From NCBI GenBank assembly GCA_951406725.2, contig OX597818.1, positions 119,970,001 through 120,034,000 on the forward strand: a stretch of 64,000 nucleotides of DNA. The letters run 5' to 3'. How positions within the stretch are numbered: the stretch's first letter is position 1; the number at the start of each line of letters is the position of its first letter. Source of the stretch: Octopus vulgaris (lineage: Eukaryota). The notes below the pieces were generated by a model. It did no database searches. It was not told where the DNA came from and saw nothing but the letters and a program-made list of their open reading frames with translations. The position numbers were made by a program, and so were the translations under genes. Shown piece by piece: positions 63,299 to 64,000 of this stretch.

Positions 63299-64000
63299 CA
63301 TAATATATAAATGTATATATGCATATGTGCCTGCATGTGTGTGTGTGTGTAGTGTATACAAAAAGAATCCAGACCTGGTACTGATAGTCTTTGAAAAAGA
63401 CATAGCTATAACAAAGTTTGATAGTAGTTCACAAACATAACAATAACTAGAAAAACACCAATAATGTTAGATTTCTATAATAATGATGATATTTATAATA
63501 AATACAGTGACTTGTTTTTCTCTTCTCAAGGCATAATTTAACAAATATTGTATAGTAGAGCCATTTGTTGTATGTGTGTCCATATACATTTGTATATGTG
63601 GAGAGGTATTGGATTTTGTTACTTTGTTACTTTTGCAAAGCCAATAGTAATGCCATTCTCATGTTTTCCAGCATGTAAGAAGATTTTACATGAGTGCTCA
63701 ATGAGTTAGAAGTAGCAACCAAATCTGCTTTAAATGATTCCCGTTTATTGTCTGAAGTAAGGAATAATCATATTAGCCAACGCAGTTCAAATATAAAAAC
63801 CTTAAAAGTACAAAATGGTCACAGCTGGAATGACTCTGATCATAGGCCTATTCAATCAGGGTTAACCCAGGGTTAAACAACAACAACAATAACATAACAG
63901 CAACAACAACAACAACATCAATAACTTGGCTTCTGGAAGATTTCCTTAGAATATTCAACTAATAATGATTTCTTTCAATGAAGCATAAGGCAAAATTTTC

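Overview
AT-rich, repeat-dense animal genomic DNA. The SINE/MITE repertoire and (TA)n/(CA)n tracts look like Octopus or another coleoid cephalopod (inference). Two intron-rich housekeeping genes sit head-to-head with only 358 bp between their ATGs. NUP160 is on the minus strand: 20 phase-consistent coding exons from 28666 down to 422 (about 796 codons), continuing off the left edge. SNRPC (U1 snRNP protein C) is on the plus strand: 6 coding exons, 29025-38885, 182 aa, complete. From about 39.4 kb onward I can support no recognisable host gene; that part is SINEs, LINE fragments, Tc1/mariner, piggyBac- and pogo-type elements and microsatellites. hAT and Helitron relics also occur in the gene introns. 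The most striking unannotated signal is a set of type I hammerhead ribozyme (HHR) motifs, in at least five unrelated sequence families. Most sit in the arms of long inverted-repeat or palindromic, ORF-less elements, two of which carry an unpaired tail next to (TA)n. This resembles non-autonomous Penelope-like-element (PLE) or retrozyme-type retroelements. NUP160 intron 10 looks like a decayed or converting U12-type intron. Almost all short ORFs in the supplied track are microsatellite or SINE artefacts.
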